Source: Kudoa neothunni (taxonomy: Eukaryota; Animalia; Cnidaria). Taken from it: a DNA stretch of 64,000 bases. Below the pieces are notes generated by a model. The model saw nothing but the letters and a program-made list of their open reading frames with translations, was not told the DNA's origin and made no database searches. The stretch spans positions 7,799,466 through 7,863,465 of the forward strand of contig OZ199838.1 in assembly GCA_964304625.1 (NCBI GenBank), written 5' to 3'. This document shows, one piece after another, positions 16,731 to 28,227 of the stretch. The position numbers and the translations under genes are program-made. Position 1 is the first letter of the stretch. Each line of letters starts with the position of its first letter.

Positions 16731-17873
16731 TCAGTTTTTTTGTTTTTGTTGAGGACGATACACACCAACAACTACAGCGTGATCTCGCTCGTATGGTTCA
16801 AGTGTGATTTGCTCTTGCGGTTTGAGTTTGTCTGCCGTGAGTTTTTTTACCTCATCAGCAAATACAGCTGTAGGCTCTGCTGTGGAATCAACACAATTCG
16901 CTTTGATCGATATGAGATAATGACCACCATTTTTGAGGAAATGCTGTGCGTTCAGTGCCAAAATTCTGGACTGATCAGGTTGAGCTATATCGGAGAAAAT
17001 GGTGTCCACCATGCTCAACATCATAGCATATCTTTGAGGATATCGAGCATCCTCAATAATAGGAACAATATTTGGTCGTTTTTTTGCAACACCCAAAAGA
17101 TCGCGTCCTGACCTATGAGAAAATTCCACAGCATAAACTATTCCCTCTGATCCGACTATATCGGAAACATGTGAAACGGTGGTTCCTGAGGCAGCACCAA
17201 GATAAAGAACTTTTGATCCTGGTTTCATCCAGATATTCTCAACGCCACCCAATATAGCAGCAGCCAACTTTGATCGAAAAGGATTCCACATACGATACTC
17301 AACTTTTTCCTCCGAATTTTTTTCCTAAAATAATTTTTTATGAAAAATTTAAGGAACTCAATAGCGGAATGGAATTTGCCTGAACGGATATTCTCTTTTC
17401 CTTGTATACAGACTCTCCAATAACCAGATTTCGCGTTACTAGTGCATCGTCTTTTCCGCGAGCTATGAAAACTCCAGGGTGTCGATGAGGCTCGATAAAA
17501 ACTTTTGAACCTCCTCGAAATCCACCGCCTATAAATAGGAATGAACATCAGGCAAACATTTCATTGCCCGAAATTACCTCCGCGGCCACCTCTACCGCCG
17601 CCACGACCTCTTCCACGGTCTCCAAATCCTCTTCTTGGACCATTTCCATCACCAAAATCTCTTTTAAAGCCACCGCTATCACCAAAACCACCTCGTCTAC
17701 CTCTGAAACCGTCACCGCGTCCACCTCTAAATGAACCTCGAGGACCGTCACCGTGACCACCTCTAAAAGAGCCTCTCGGTCGATCACCACTTCCACTTCT
17801 GAAGCCACCGCCTCTTCCTCTATCTGTAAAAAATGAGAACGGTAATCAAAAAAAAGTCACTTCCAAAGCCCAT
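16731..17873 (-). CDS. FBL: Fibrillarin (rRNA 2'-O-methyltransferase, box C/D snoRNP), 4 exons
   Basis: N-terminal RGG/GAR region followed by [35 protein letters not shown] and [14 protein letters not shown]. Introns at 17824-17860, about 17530-17577 and 17325-17379 (GC donor). Confidence 0.97.
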
Positions 17874-17879
17874 CTTTAG

Positions 17880-17920
17880 TGTAACGTGGCGTGCGCGCGC
17901 AGACGTGCCATACGTCAGTG
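17880..17920. promoter_or_regulatory. GC-rich proximal promoter / 5' UTR element of fibrillarin
   Basis: acgtggcgtgcgcgcgcagacgtgccatacgtca immediately upstream of the ATG. It contains a TGCGCGCGCA palindrome and three ACGT cores in otherwise very AT-rich DNA. Confidence 0.35.
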
Positions 17921-19366
17921 AATACCACCTGCTGTTAGCGTTGCTAACGATGTCCGATTTTTTTGCCACGCTTAATTTTAAAATGGTTGGCGCATCAATA
18001 ACCCCTATAACAAAACCAGGCATTTGTCGTGCATTTTAATAAAAATGGAAAACTAATAGATCTTAACTTCAATACGAGAAATCTTCAAATAAATGTTTTT
18101 GTAGTTGGTGTAATATCTCATTTCAACTTAAAATATCAGTAGTTGGAGATCATGTAAGTTATAAATATTAATAACAACGACTACAACGATAATTATAATA
18201 TTTCTGTTTTGGACTCTAAGAGACATATCGATATTAAATCTACAATGAACTTACCAAAAATATATGAAAACAAATATGTTTTCAAATCAAAAACATCGAT
18301 TGATACCAAAATATTAGAAATACGATTTTTGCATCAACTACCATGCATACTCCTATTGTAGCAGCGGACCATTTAGGAATTATTATGAAGCAGGTTATGT
18401 GTACAAATTCAAACTGTTCAAATCTTGGAAAGGACTTTAATGTTTATCACACCAAATGCTCTGCTATCATCAATAATGTATATGAATTAATTTGTACTTA
18501 TTTTATTTTTATTGAAGGTAATATCAAAATCAATAAGATGAAATTGAAATATTACTTAGAGGGTCAACCATTTCCATTTTTAATTGATGAATGGTCAGAC
18601 ATAAATATAAAAACTCACTTGGGCATAGTCGTTTTATTCTATTCTATTGTGGTGAAAACAGTTGTAACTCAATTGCTTGAAATTAAGGAAATTGAAAGAA
18701 TAGACGCCGAAACTTTTTTTAACAGCCTTGATAGTTCGATTGCATCTTTTGGACTAAACTACAAGAATTTTAGTAGAATATGGATCTGATGGAGCTGCTG
18801 TTATGACCGGGATAAATAATAGTGTTTGGACTCGAATACTTAATAAAAATCCAAATGTAACTCGATTTACTTGTCTATGCCATTCGCTCGACAAAGTTGT
18901 TGAAGACGTGTTTTTGAACTTACACCAAACATGAGCAGTATTTTGAAAAATATTCGAAAGTGGTTCTAGAAGAGCAATAAGAGGAAAATGAAATATTTGA
19001 AACTTTTTGACAACTCTGTTGAGTCCTCCTTTTCAGATGACCTTGATGACGTAAATCCTCCCTTTAAAATGTACACTCAAACAAGATGACTTTGTAGAAG
19101 TGGAATAATTGAGCACCTGATCAATAATTGGGATATTCATGTTCAATATTTTACAAGTATCATCCCAAACTTAAAGCTAATCAAAAATATAAAGCACAAG
19201 TTAACCTTGACCTCCTAAAAAATATTGAATATAAGAAACTGTTCATTTTTATGTCTCCCATTAAAAAATTATTGGAGGAAAAAACAAGCTATTTCAAATG
19301 AAATTTATTGATCCCCAGATTGCAACCGAACAAGTTAATTTATTGGTAAAGTCATTTAATTCTAGA

Positions 19367-20357
19367 TTAGCGCAAACTGTCCAGCTTTGCGCGGGATTGA
19401 GAAAATTTTATCATAGAAGAATACGGTCAACAAATAAAGAAATATAAGACTCTTGATTAGCCCTGAGGAGAAATTAAATAAATCTTTTTTTATGTACCAT
19501 ATTTTTAACGACTGTGATGGGCACAGTAAAAAATGGAGATCATTTTAGAGAGATAATGAAAATGGCAAAATCCAAATAACTCGGTAATAACTTAAAATAA
19601 TTAATATTTATTTCTCAAAATAATATCTTTATCCGACACATTCTTATACACTCTCTCCTCAAAACTGTTTTGTAGCCTCTTAATATGAACAAAAATATTT
19701 AAATAATTAGATAAAGTAAGATTTTAAGTTATACATTAAATCTTATCGCTTAAAATTAAGATTAACGGGCGCTATAACAAAATTTTGGGACCAAGTTTCA
19801 ATAAGTACGAATTGAATCCATTTGATTATAACATACACATTCAATTCTTCATTATTTTCGAAAATTTTCGTATTTTTGCTACATTAAATGCTACTTAGAG
19901 AACTTTTAAAGTGTACTTATCAAGCCAAATATATTAAAAGTCCCAAAATAAGGAATGCATTTAAGCACACATCTACTTTAAATATACAGTTAAATTAACT
20001 ATATAAGATGTATCTTGAAATCGTGGATACATAGCTTAAGATTGAATCACTAAAAATGTTCAAAACGACGTGCAGAAGTTCAGCGTAGATAAATGTCGCT
20101 ATGAATAAACCAATACAATCCTATTATTGAAACCACGCAATCCGCTTGACAAACCTAACATCGAGGACAACACAATTTCCTACATTAATTTTGAACTTTA
20201 GTCAATGTAATAACAAATAAGATAATTTTTAAATTATCTTAAACTATTAAAAGTTATATAAATATCTAGCTATAACGAAAAACTTTTTCCACATGTGCGT
20301 ACTTAGGTGCACACACAAGCATGCATACCGACAGTCCTCCATTATATACATAAAGGA
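19367..20357 (-). mobile_element. Non-autonomous Helitron
   Basis: The minus strand starts TCctttatgtatataatgg and ends with hairpin gcgcaaa..tttgcgc plus CTAA (CTRR). It sits between A and T with no TSD. Removal rejoins the hAT frame (..NSR|LQNY..). Confidence 0.8.
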
Positions 20358-20604
20358 TTGCAAAATTACTTGAAGCTGCCAAATATTTAAATGAAATCGA
20401 TTATGGCTTTAAATTCATGGAATTAATTCCTGAATTGGATACTAAAATCCTAGCTAAGAGGTGTCTTGAAAAAATATTGAGTGAATTACGCACCAGCCTT
20501 TTAATTCATATGAGCAAATAAAAAAGTTACCTTTTTAAAACCAATCTACATATTAAATTCAAACATTAAACCTCAATTTCATATGCTGCCAGATAATTCA
20601 TTTA

Positions 20605-21927
20605 CAGGGTATTTCATAATGAATCGGACACATTTCAAAATTAATCAAAGGCGCGTTAGACATAATTTGAAATCAAGAAAAAATACTGGTTATATTTATA
20701 AACTCGAAATTAGGAAAAATAGCTAATATTGTTCTATTTAATTGTTTAACCCTTCATATACATTGTCCCACATTTTTCTAAAAAAGTTCCAAAAAAATTG
20801 AGAGTCGTTTTGGTTAAATTCGTCCATGGATTTAAAGATGTAATCAACCAAAGCATTTCTACTTTGGGCTCTTGGGCGGTAACTTGAGACTTTTGCCTTT
20901 AAAACAGAAAACACGTTCTCAATAGGATTTAGCTGAGGAGAATATGACGGCAAATATAGGCATTCGATTGAGTTAGTACTCATCAGGCTTTTTACCTCTT
21001 GTACGTGATGAAACCTAACGTTATCCCTGACAAGAACAACATCAGAAGAGATTTTTCGTTCTAAAATCACTTGTTCCAGAAATTCAAGAAATTGGGTCCT
21101 ATCAAATCCACCATCCAGAATTTTATGGCCAATTATTCCTTGAATGGAAAAAATAGCGCATAACGATATATTTCGTCCCCTAGAAGGGCGTACCATGGCG
21201 ATTGCGTCTTTGTTGGGTTCCGAGTAACCATAATTGTTCGATACATGGAGATTGAATCCACATTCGTCCAAAAAAACAATGTTCTTTCTTCTCAGACCTA
21301 TAATCTTGGAAGCATATTCTGCTACCATTCTTTTGTGAGAATCCGTCAAAATAACGGAGGCCTTTAGTTTAAGCCGTTTTCTCATTAGTCCAGCGGATTT
21401 TATCAGTCGGCATACAGTACTATTGGACAGGTTTACATCCTCTCTCGCGAGTAGTCTTTTTACGCCGACTTGTGTTAGGCTGTTATCTCGGCCAACAATT
21501 TCTCTCACTTTGTTTTCGAGAATCGAATTATTTTTCGGATGACGCCCCTTTTTTGTGCAAATGCATCGTAGCTGTGGGCTTCTGGGTTGGTTTCAATAAA
21601 AGCTTTGATTTTATATATTTGGGACCTTCCCAAATCAGTAATTTCGGATATTTTTTTTACGGTCTCTTGTTTTAGAAGTCTTTCAATTTGACCATATAAT
21701 GTTTGGTCGATCGCTTTATATTTTTTTCTTTCGTCCATTATGCCTTAATAATATATTAACAAAACTGTACCATAATTTCATAAAACTAATTAATCATAAA
21801 AAAATAAAAAGCAAATTGCTTTAGCCTGATTAAAAACAAATCCTTTTGTTTACGTCGCGTGTCCGATTAATTCTGAAATATGTCCCATAATTTTTGAAAT
21901 TTGGTCGATTTATTATGAAATACCCTG
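20605..21927 (-). mobile_element. Tc1/IS630-like DD34E transposon, nearly intact
   Basis: TA|cagggtatttcataat... 36-bp TIRs ...attatgaaataccctg|TA. Transposase lies in two overlapping ORFs (21505-21738, 20738-21508) with FLDECGF, DNVRFH and YSPQLNPIE (34 aa between D and E). Confidence 0.95.
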
Positions 21928-22688
21928 TAAGAACGAATTCGCGGGGAAAGAATACAGGCTATTTAACGAAGTAAATTGGAATCAATTTTTGGTGTGCGAT
22001 GACGTCACAAAGTTGGGTTCACTCGAACTTTGGAGTAAGGTTTCTGAGCATAGTGACTTTAATTCAATTGAAAAATATTGCGTTTCACCTATTTTACTTC
22101 CCCTAAGCAACGCTTCCACAGAGAGAATATTTTCATCTGTTGGAGTTTTCAAGACTATCGGGAGAAATAAAATGTTGTGTTTGACACTGGATTGCCTGGT
22201 TCGAATAAGAGAATTTTTCAATACATCAACTCACTGTTTCCATAATTTTGGCGTTACTGAAACATTGTTATATTTAGATAACATTAACCCTTTGAGGACA
22301 ACCTTATGGCCCTCCAGTTAAGTATAACCATGGGCTCCTGGGGCCCATGGAATTAAAATTGATCATATGGTGGATTAATAGTAAAGCCAACATTAAGTCT
22401 TGAATAGCTCAAATATGCAATAAAAACAATAAAACTTCGAATAAGAGTAATTTTTTATGTTGGTATACAATCACACTTAGTGCAAGTGACATATTTTACA
22501 GAGTGTTCAGTACAAACATTGTTTTTACACGAATGGCAATATTGTTTACTTCTGATGATTCCGGTTGGGCAGATAGAACAGCGCTTTCTTATATTTTGTT
22601 CAATTTGCTCCGATGGAATTTTTAGCATTGTCAAAATTGTAGCCAGCTATTTCTAGTGATCTTTTTACGTACGGCTGCAAAGATATTT

Positions 22689-25631
22689 GACTAAACTACA
22701 CAATATGGGACCGCTTCGGTAAAAGTCGGATAACGGTCGAGAAATGAGTTTCACGCTAAAAAACTTTGATTTAGAAAATATTGACACCATAAAGGCCACT
22801 GATTATGGGTTTTTTAAATATGATACGATGTATACCATAAGAACTTTTAAACATCCCGGCCTTATTTCTTCACAGAAGAAATGTGAATGCGGATGCATGA
22901 TGCGAGAAGTTTTTGATAAGTCTCTGAATGATTTTTTTTCCGCTGTCCAGATTGTAGACGAAAAAAAAATCTAAGAGTTGGCTCAATTTTTTAACATTCG
23001 AAGCTTCCACTATGGAAACTTTTTCTTTTTTTTTGTATTGCACATCCAATTCAAAAACGTGACATATGAAGAAATCCAAACCCATACTGAAATTTCATTG
23101 CATAATACGATTCATGATTGGAGGGAATTAATGCGGAGTATTATCACTCTAAAAATCACCGATGAAAATAAAAAAATTGGGGGTGAAAACGTGATAGTGC
23201 AAATTGATGAGACTGCCGTCACTAAACGCAAATACAACGTTGGGCGTCTGTTGAAAAATCAACGATAATGGATAGTTGGTGGTATCGATGGGAGTGGCGA
23301 TTGTTTTTTTGAGTTGACCAACAAAAGGAACCGTGATATTCTTGAAAATATCATTTTAAATAGAGTGATGGAAAATTCAATTCTATGGACCGATAGCTGG
23401 GCTGGATATCGACGTGTAAATGAACTTGGATTTCTTTACGAAACTGTGACACACAAATATTCGTTTGTTTCGGGTACTGGTGTCCGTACTAACCGAATTG
23501 AAGCTACTTGGGGTGCTTTCAAGGGAAAGTACCGTAGCATTACAAACAAAAACCTTGACTCGCTCTACGATTATATATCTGATTATATTTTCTTTCAAAA
23601 ATATAAAAAATGCGAACTAAGTTAATTTTTTAGAGAAATAAACTATAATTTTATCGTATAATCTGAATACAGTCGAGATTCGATATTGCGTAATTTTTCC
23701 TTGGTCCCAAAAATTACGCAATATCGAGTCACGCACGTGCGCACTTGAAAAAATATTCGATTTAAACTTGTTTTGTGCGTTTATCCTACTTTAAATCATT
23801 GCTAGTGAAATAAAATAAATATAAGGAATTTTATTTAACTCAACCAGACAAAATTATTAATTTTTATGAAAAAATGAAGTAATTTTAGTTTGGTGCCATC
23901 CTTGAGATGATATTTTTAAAATTCGATCCATTATCGGATGAAGATCGATGAGTCCAGATGGATCTTCCCGAATAAACACCTTCCTTAATGTACTTACGGC
24001 ATGCTTTATATCTTTTATTGGAACTTTTGGTTCTTCCTCATCAGATTCGATTTCATTCTGAATTGGATTCGCTGTTGATATTAAGACATCGCCGTTATCA
24101 TCTTCACAAGTAGGTAAGTTATCATCATCAAAGTTGGTCTCCCATGTTTCCTCCTCGACTATAAAAATATTAAAATTTTATTGTATATTTATACTCTGTT
24201 TATCTTCGAAAATTTTATCATTTGTTTCCGTCTCTGTATCTCCTATGATAATGGATTAATTTTTGAAGTTCGCATTAGCTTTTACTTTCGCTAAATATGC
24301 CCGACTTTTTAAAATAATTGACAATAATTTCAGGTTGAATACTGTTCCATGCTTCTTGGAGTGTCAAAATTGCTTAAGTAATGTAAATTTATTATTTAAC
24401 GAATCATCACATAATGCTATATGGCTACACAATATTTTTTTATATCTACTTTTAAGACAATTAATCACTCCGAGGTCGAGTGGCTGTAAAACACTTGTAT
24501 TATTTTTCGTTGTTCTGACTCCATTTTAAAATTTAATTTTTTTCAGTATCTGGAAAAAAATAGCGGATGTCATCCAAGAATTTTGTTGGGCATAATACTC
24601 ATAAGGTAAATTTTTTACCCCCTTGAAGCACCAGGGGTTTTGGTATTTCCCAATTACGACTAAGGGCAACTTTTCTCCGCTTAAAGAGCACGATACCAAG
24701 ATCGTTATTCTTTTTTTCGATAGCTTTTTACCTTTAATGTCATTTTCTTCTTTTAATAAATAACTACTGTTCTGTAATTGCTCATAAAACAAACCAGTTT
24801 CGTCAATATTGATTATATTTTTTGGGCTATATATGCTTATCAAATTTTTATTTTCATAGATCCACGAATCAATATTGCGACGTTAGCGCTCGCAACTTCA
24901 CCATGAAAATGATTCCAAACCTTTTTTTAAACCCCGCTAGCCAACCCCTGCTTGCTTTAAAATTTTGAACTTCATTCTTTCTGGCAATTATGGTGGCCAT
25001 TTCAAGTATTACGTCACCAGAAATAATGTGACCATTGGTGCGTTTTTTGATGAACCATTCACAAACTTCTTCGTCTATGTTGATAAATCTTCCATTTGAA
25101 TGCCTCTTCCTATTTCCTGCAACATCTGAATTTTTCAGCTTGGTTTCATGAGAAAGAATTCTGTCAAGCGTTGAATGTCCTTTAAGAAATAAATTGTTAT
25201 CGATTAAAATTAATCATACCACTAAGTTTAAACTTTTCAACCGTCATTTTCTTTGCGCCCTTTATTGATTTTATTGAATTGTAATATTGTATTATTCTAA
25301 TTTTCTCAGAAATCTCACGCTGCTCCCTGGACATATTGAAGATGAAATCACGCAATATCGAGTCAAGTTGGTAATTTACGTTACGCAATTAAAAGGTTTT
25401 ACGCAATACTAAATCAGAGGCACATAGAAAAAATATTTTTTTATTTTTATTCTATATTATTAATTTAATAAATAAAGTAATCATAAAACTCTAAAATTAA
25501 GTCCCAAAGTAAATATCTTCATATCGAAAATCCTAAATTACGCAATACCGAATCACGCAATATCCAATCTCGGCCGTATTTCGATTTATTCCGACTTTTG
25601 CCGATGCGGCATCGTATTGTGTAGTTTAGCC
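22689..25631 (+). mobile_element. Merlin (IS1595/ISXO2-like) transposon interrupted by a pogo element
   Basis: About 45-bp TIRs gactaaactacacaata.. / RC ggctaaactacacaata..; 8-bp TSD agatattt/ggatattt. Transposase pieces 22744-23625 contain VQIDET..KRKYNVGR, WIVGG, WTDSWAGY and TNRIEATW. Confidence 0.92.
23670..25576 (-). mobile_element. pogo/Tigger transposon (pseudogenised)
   Basis: TA|cagtcgagattcgatattgcg ... cgcaatatccaatctcggccg|TA. Motifs NIDETGLFY, KKRITIL, WMTS and QPLDLGVI. Confidence 0.93.
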
Positions 25632-28227
25632 GGATATTTTAGGATTGGTCACACGTATATCTTGTAATGGCTTAATTAATTGCATTGACAAATCTATAAG
25701 GAAATTTTGTCTTTTATTTATTTTACATCTATTAAAATAATCAGGATTTCTCTGTTCAAATACAACAAAAGCATTGAAGGAGGCGACATCCGGAATTTGT
25801 GAAAATACGGCGTAAGGCCAGCGCTTACATTTTCGCTTACACGTATATGTAGAAATGCACTGATCCACCACATCAACGCCACATTTATTTATATTATAAT
25901 ATTTAATAGCTATTGGTTTAGCACGAACATCAGAGTCTACTTCAATTGTACGATGTTGCGAAGAGAGTAAGATGACAACTTTGTTTTTTTGTGGTATATA
26001 GGATATAAGGGTAAATTGATCATAGAACCCAAACAAGGAAGAGTAAACTGGTCTAAATTTGTTTTGCAAAAATTCCGAAGGTACGAAAACTCTGCATTTT
26101 CGAACGGTTCCAATCATTGAGGTTTTACGTATTTGCAGATACGACGCAAGTTGCCAAGTTGTGAAATAGTTATCAAAGGTAATGTTCCTACCGACCTCTA
26201 ACAAATGCTCTGTAAGGTTTACCACCACGTTAAAAGATAAATTATTCTCACGTTGGCATTTAATTTTCCCCAAATAAGGTATTATGTTAGAAACGTAGCG
26301 AGATTGACTATTGCATACTATGCAAAATTTCAAGCCGTATTTCGAAGGCTTTTTGAGCATATACACCAAGAATGATACACGACCATGGAATGGATATAAT
26401 TGCCCATCCACTGTTAAATTTGGGCCGGGTGTATAACTTGTTTTGCGTATATTTACAAATTTATCAAATATACTCCTTATATCCGCGAATTTATCACTTG
26501 CATTGTCCCTATTCCAATATTCTTCAAACCGAATGTAGGCCAAAATTTGTTTGAATCTTAATCGACTCATGGTTGCACGAAACAGTGCTCTACCGTGAAC
26601 CCCATCCCATAGAATGGAAGTGCTCTCCATGTTTGATTTATACGCCCCGGCCAAAAGTAGCAATCCTATGAATGCTCTAAGTTCAACGAGGTCTGTGGGT
26701 TTCCACTTATCACCTAGTTGTTCATACCCTTTACGGTTTGTATATAAAATTATGTCTTCCGTCATTTCATGATTTAAAAAATGAAGGAAGGCAGTGAGTG
26801 GTGTTTCCGTATTCAAGAAATCACTCGGTTTACCCGCTTGAATATTATTATTTATATTATGATGAGGGGTTCTTCCAGATTTTGGAGTAGAAGACCAAAG
26901 AATAGATTTGTCTTTGGAAATGTAGCTTTTTGGGGGAACCGCGTCGTTATTATAATTTTTTTCTACTTTTAATTCCATTCCCACATCAGCAAATCAAGAT
27001 TATTAATCAAAAAACTGAACATAACTCAGTGCTTTCACACGAGATAACAAATTACCGTTTTTTTCGTCGTAAAATTCATCACTATATTCAGATATTTCCT
27101 CCAAATATTTTTCCAATTCACACGATTCTATGCTTTCATTATCTGAAGACGAAAACTCGCTCAAATTAATTGAATTGGCCATGAATCTGTATGTCGCAAG
27201 TCGAGGATTAACTTCAATGTCGCGAAATTGTATAAATGATTAAAATTAACACAATAGAATTATCATTCAAAATTACGAAAAAATTTGTAATAGTACATAC
27301 CGCTAGATAATTAATTTTTAAGAGTTTACGTGAAATTTTGGCCCAAAAAAAACAAATATTAAAGTCTACAAACCCAATTTAATCAGTAGGTGGGCTCGTG
27401 GAGCCCATGGTTGTCCTCAAAGGGTTAATTAATACGTTGGTGTGTGTACCGCCCTTTATAATATTACCACATTAGATAGATTAAGCCGACAGAGTATACT
27501 ATTTAAGGGTTATCTACCGATTATCATCAGAACTGCGCGAATGATTTCCCAAGATCTTTTGAGAATATTTTTTGCAATGAGGATAACTCTATACAATATT
27601 TTATCAATATTAGTATCTTCAAAGCACCAACTAACTGTATGAAATTTAATGGAAATAGACATTCTATACATCGAAAAAATTGGCGATGTTTCTCCAAAAT
27701 ATGCAGAAAAGAAACATCCCGAAGCAGCAACACAAAAGACAGATTCAAAAAGCTAGCACGTTATACCATACCACTCGCGCAAAATAATAATTGTTAATAG
27801 GCTTAGCCGCCTCACATCCATTTTTGAGTCGACATTTTTCAATAATGTGAGAATTAAACTTCATGATTTTTTGAAGTTATCATATTACTGGTCGGTGGGT
27901 GTAAAAAATTTTAACCCGGGAATAATTACCGGACACTCTTCTCAAACAACTACCAATTATTATCGCTATCTTCGCCAGCTGGTAGCAGATAGTCTAGATT
28001 TTGAGGATATGGTTATTGGAGGAGAAAATATAATTGTAGAGATTGTTGAGTCTAAATTTGGCGAGATGAAGCATAACAGAGGGCATGGCGTTAATGGAGC
28101 ATGGGTTCTTGGAGGTGTAGAAAGGACATCAGGTCGAAAGATATTTTTGGTGGAGGTTCCTGACAGAACCGCTGAGATTCTTATCTAAAAAATCAAAACG
28201 TATATCCGTCCTGGCTCTATTATCATA

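Larger units (their letters stand above)
18240..22283 (+). pseudogene. hAT transposase pseudogene interrupted by a Helitron and a Tc1 element and terminated by a piggyBac insertion
   Basis: Motifs LIDEWSD, DGAAVMTG, CLCHSL and C-terminal dimerisation-type LPLSNASTERIFS..RNKM. The reading continues across the removed insertions. TIRs were not identified. Confidence 0.8.
22288..27424 (-). mobile_element. piggyBac transposon interrupted by a Merlin element
   Basis: TTAA|ccctttgaggacaacc perfect 16-bp TIRs|TTAA, with a subterminal tgggctc..gccca motif. Transposase ORF 25626-26984 (KPSKYGLK, FDNYFT, GVDVVDQ) continues after the insertion into a Cys-rich domain (RKRCSIC..CHSCKNNVCTEH) at about 22470-22688. 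Confidence 0.96.

Noticed and set aside
17541-17808. Pro-rich (+) and Val/Glu-rich (-) ORFs
   Set aside because: Antisense and alternative-frame shadows of the fibrillarin RGG-coding exon.
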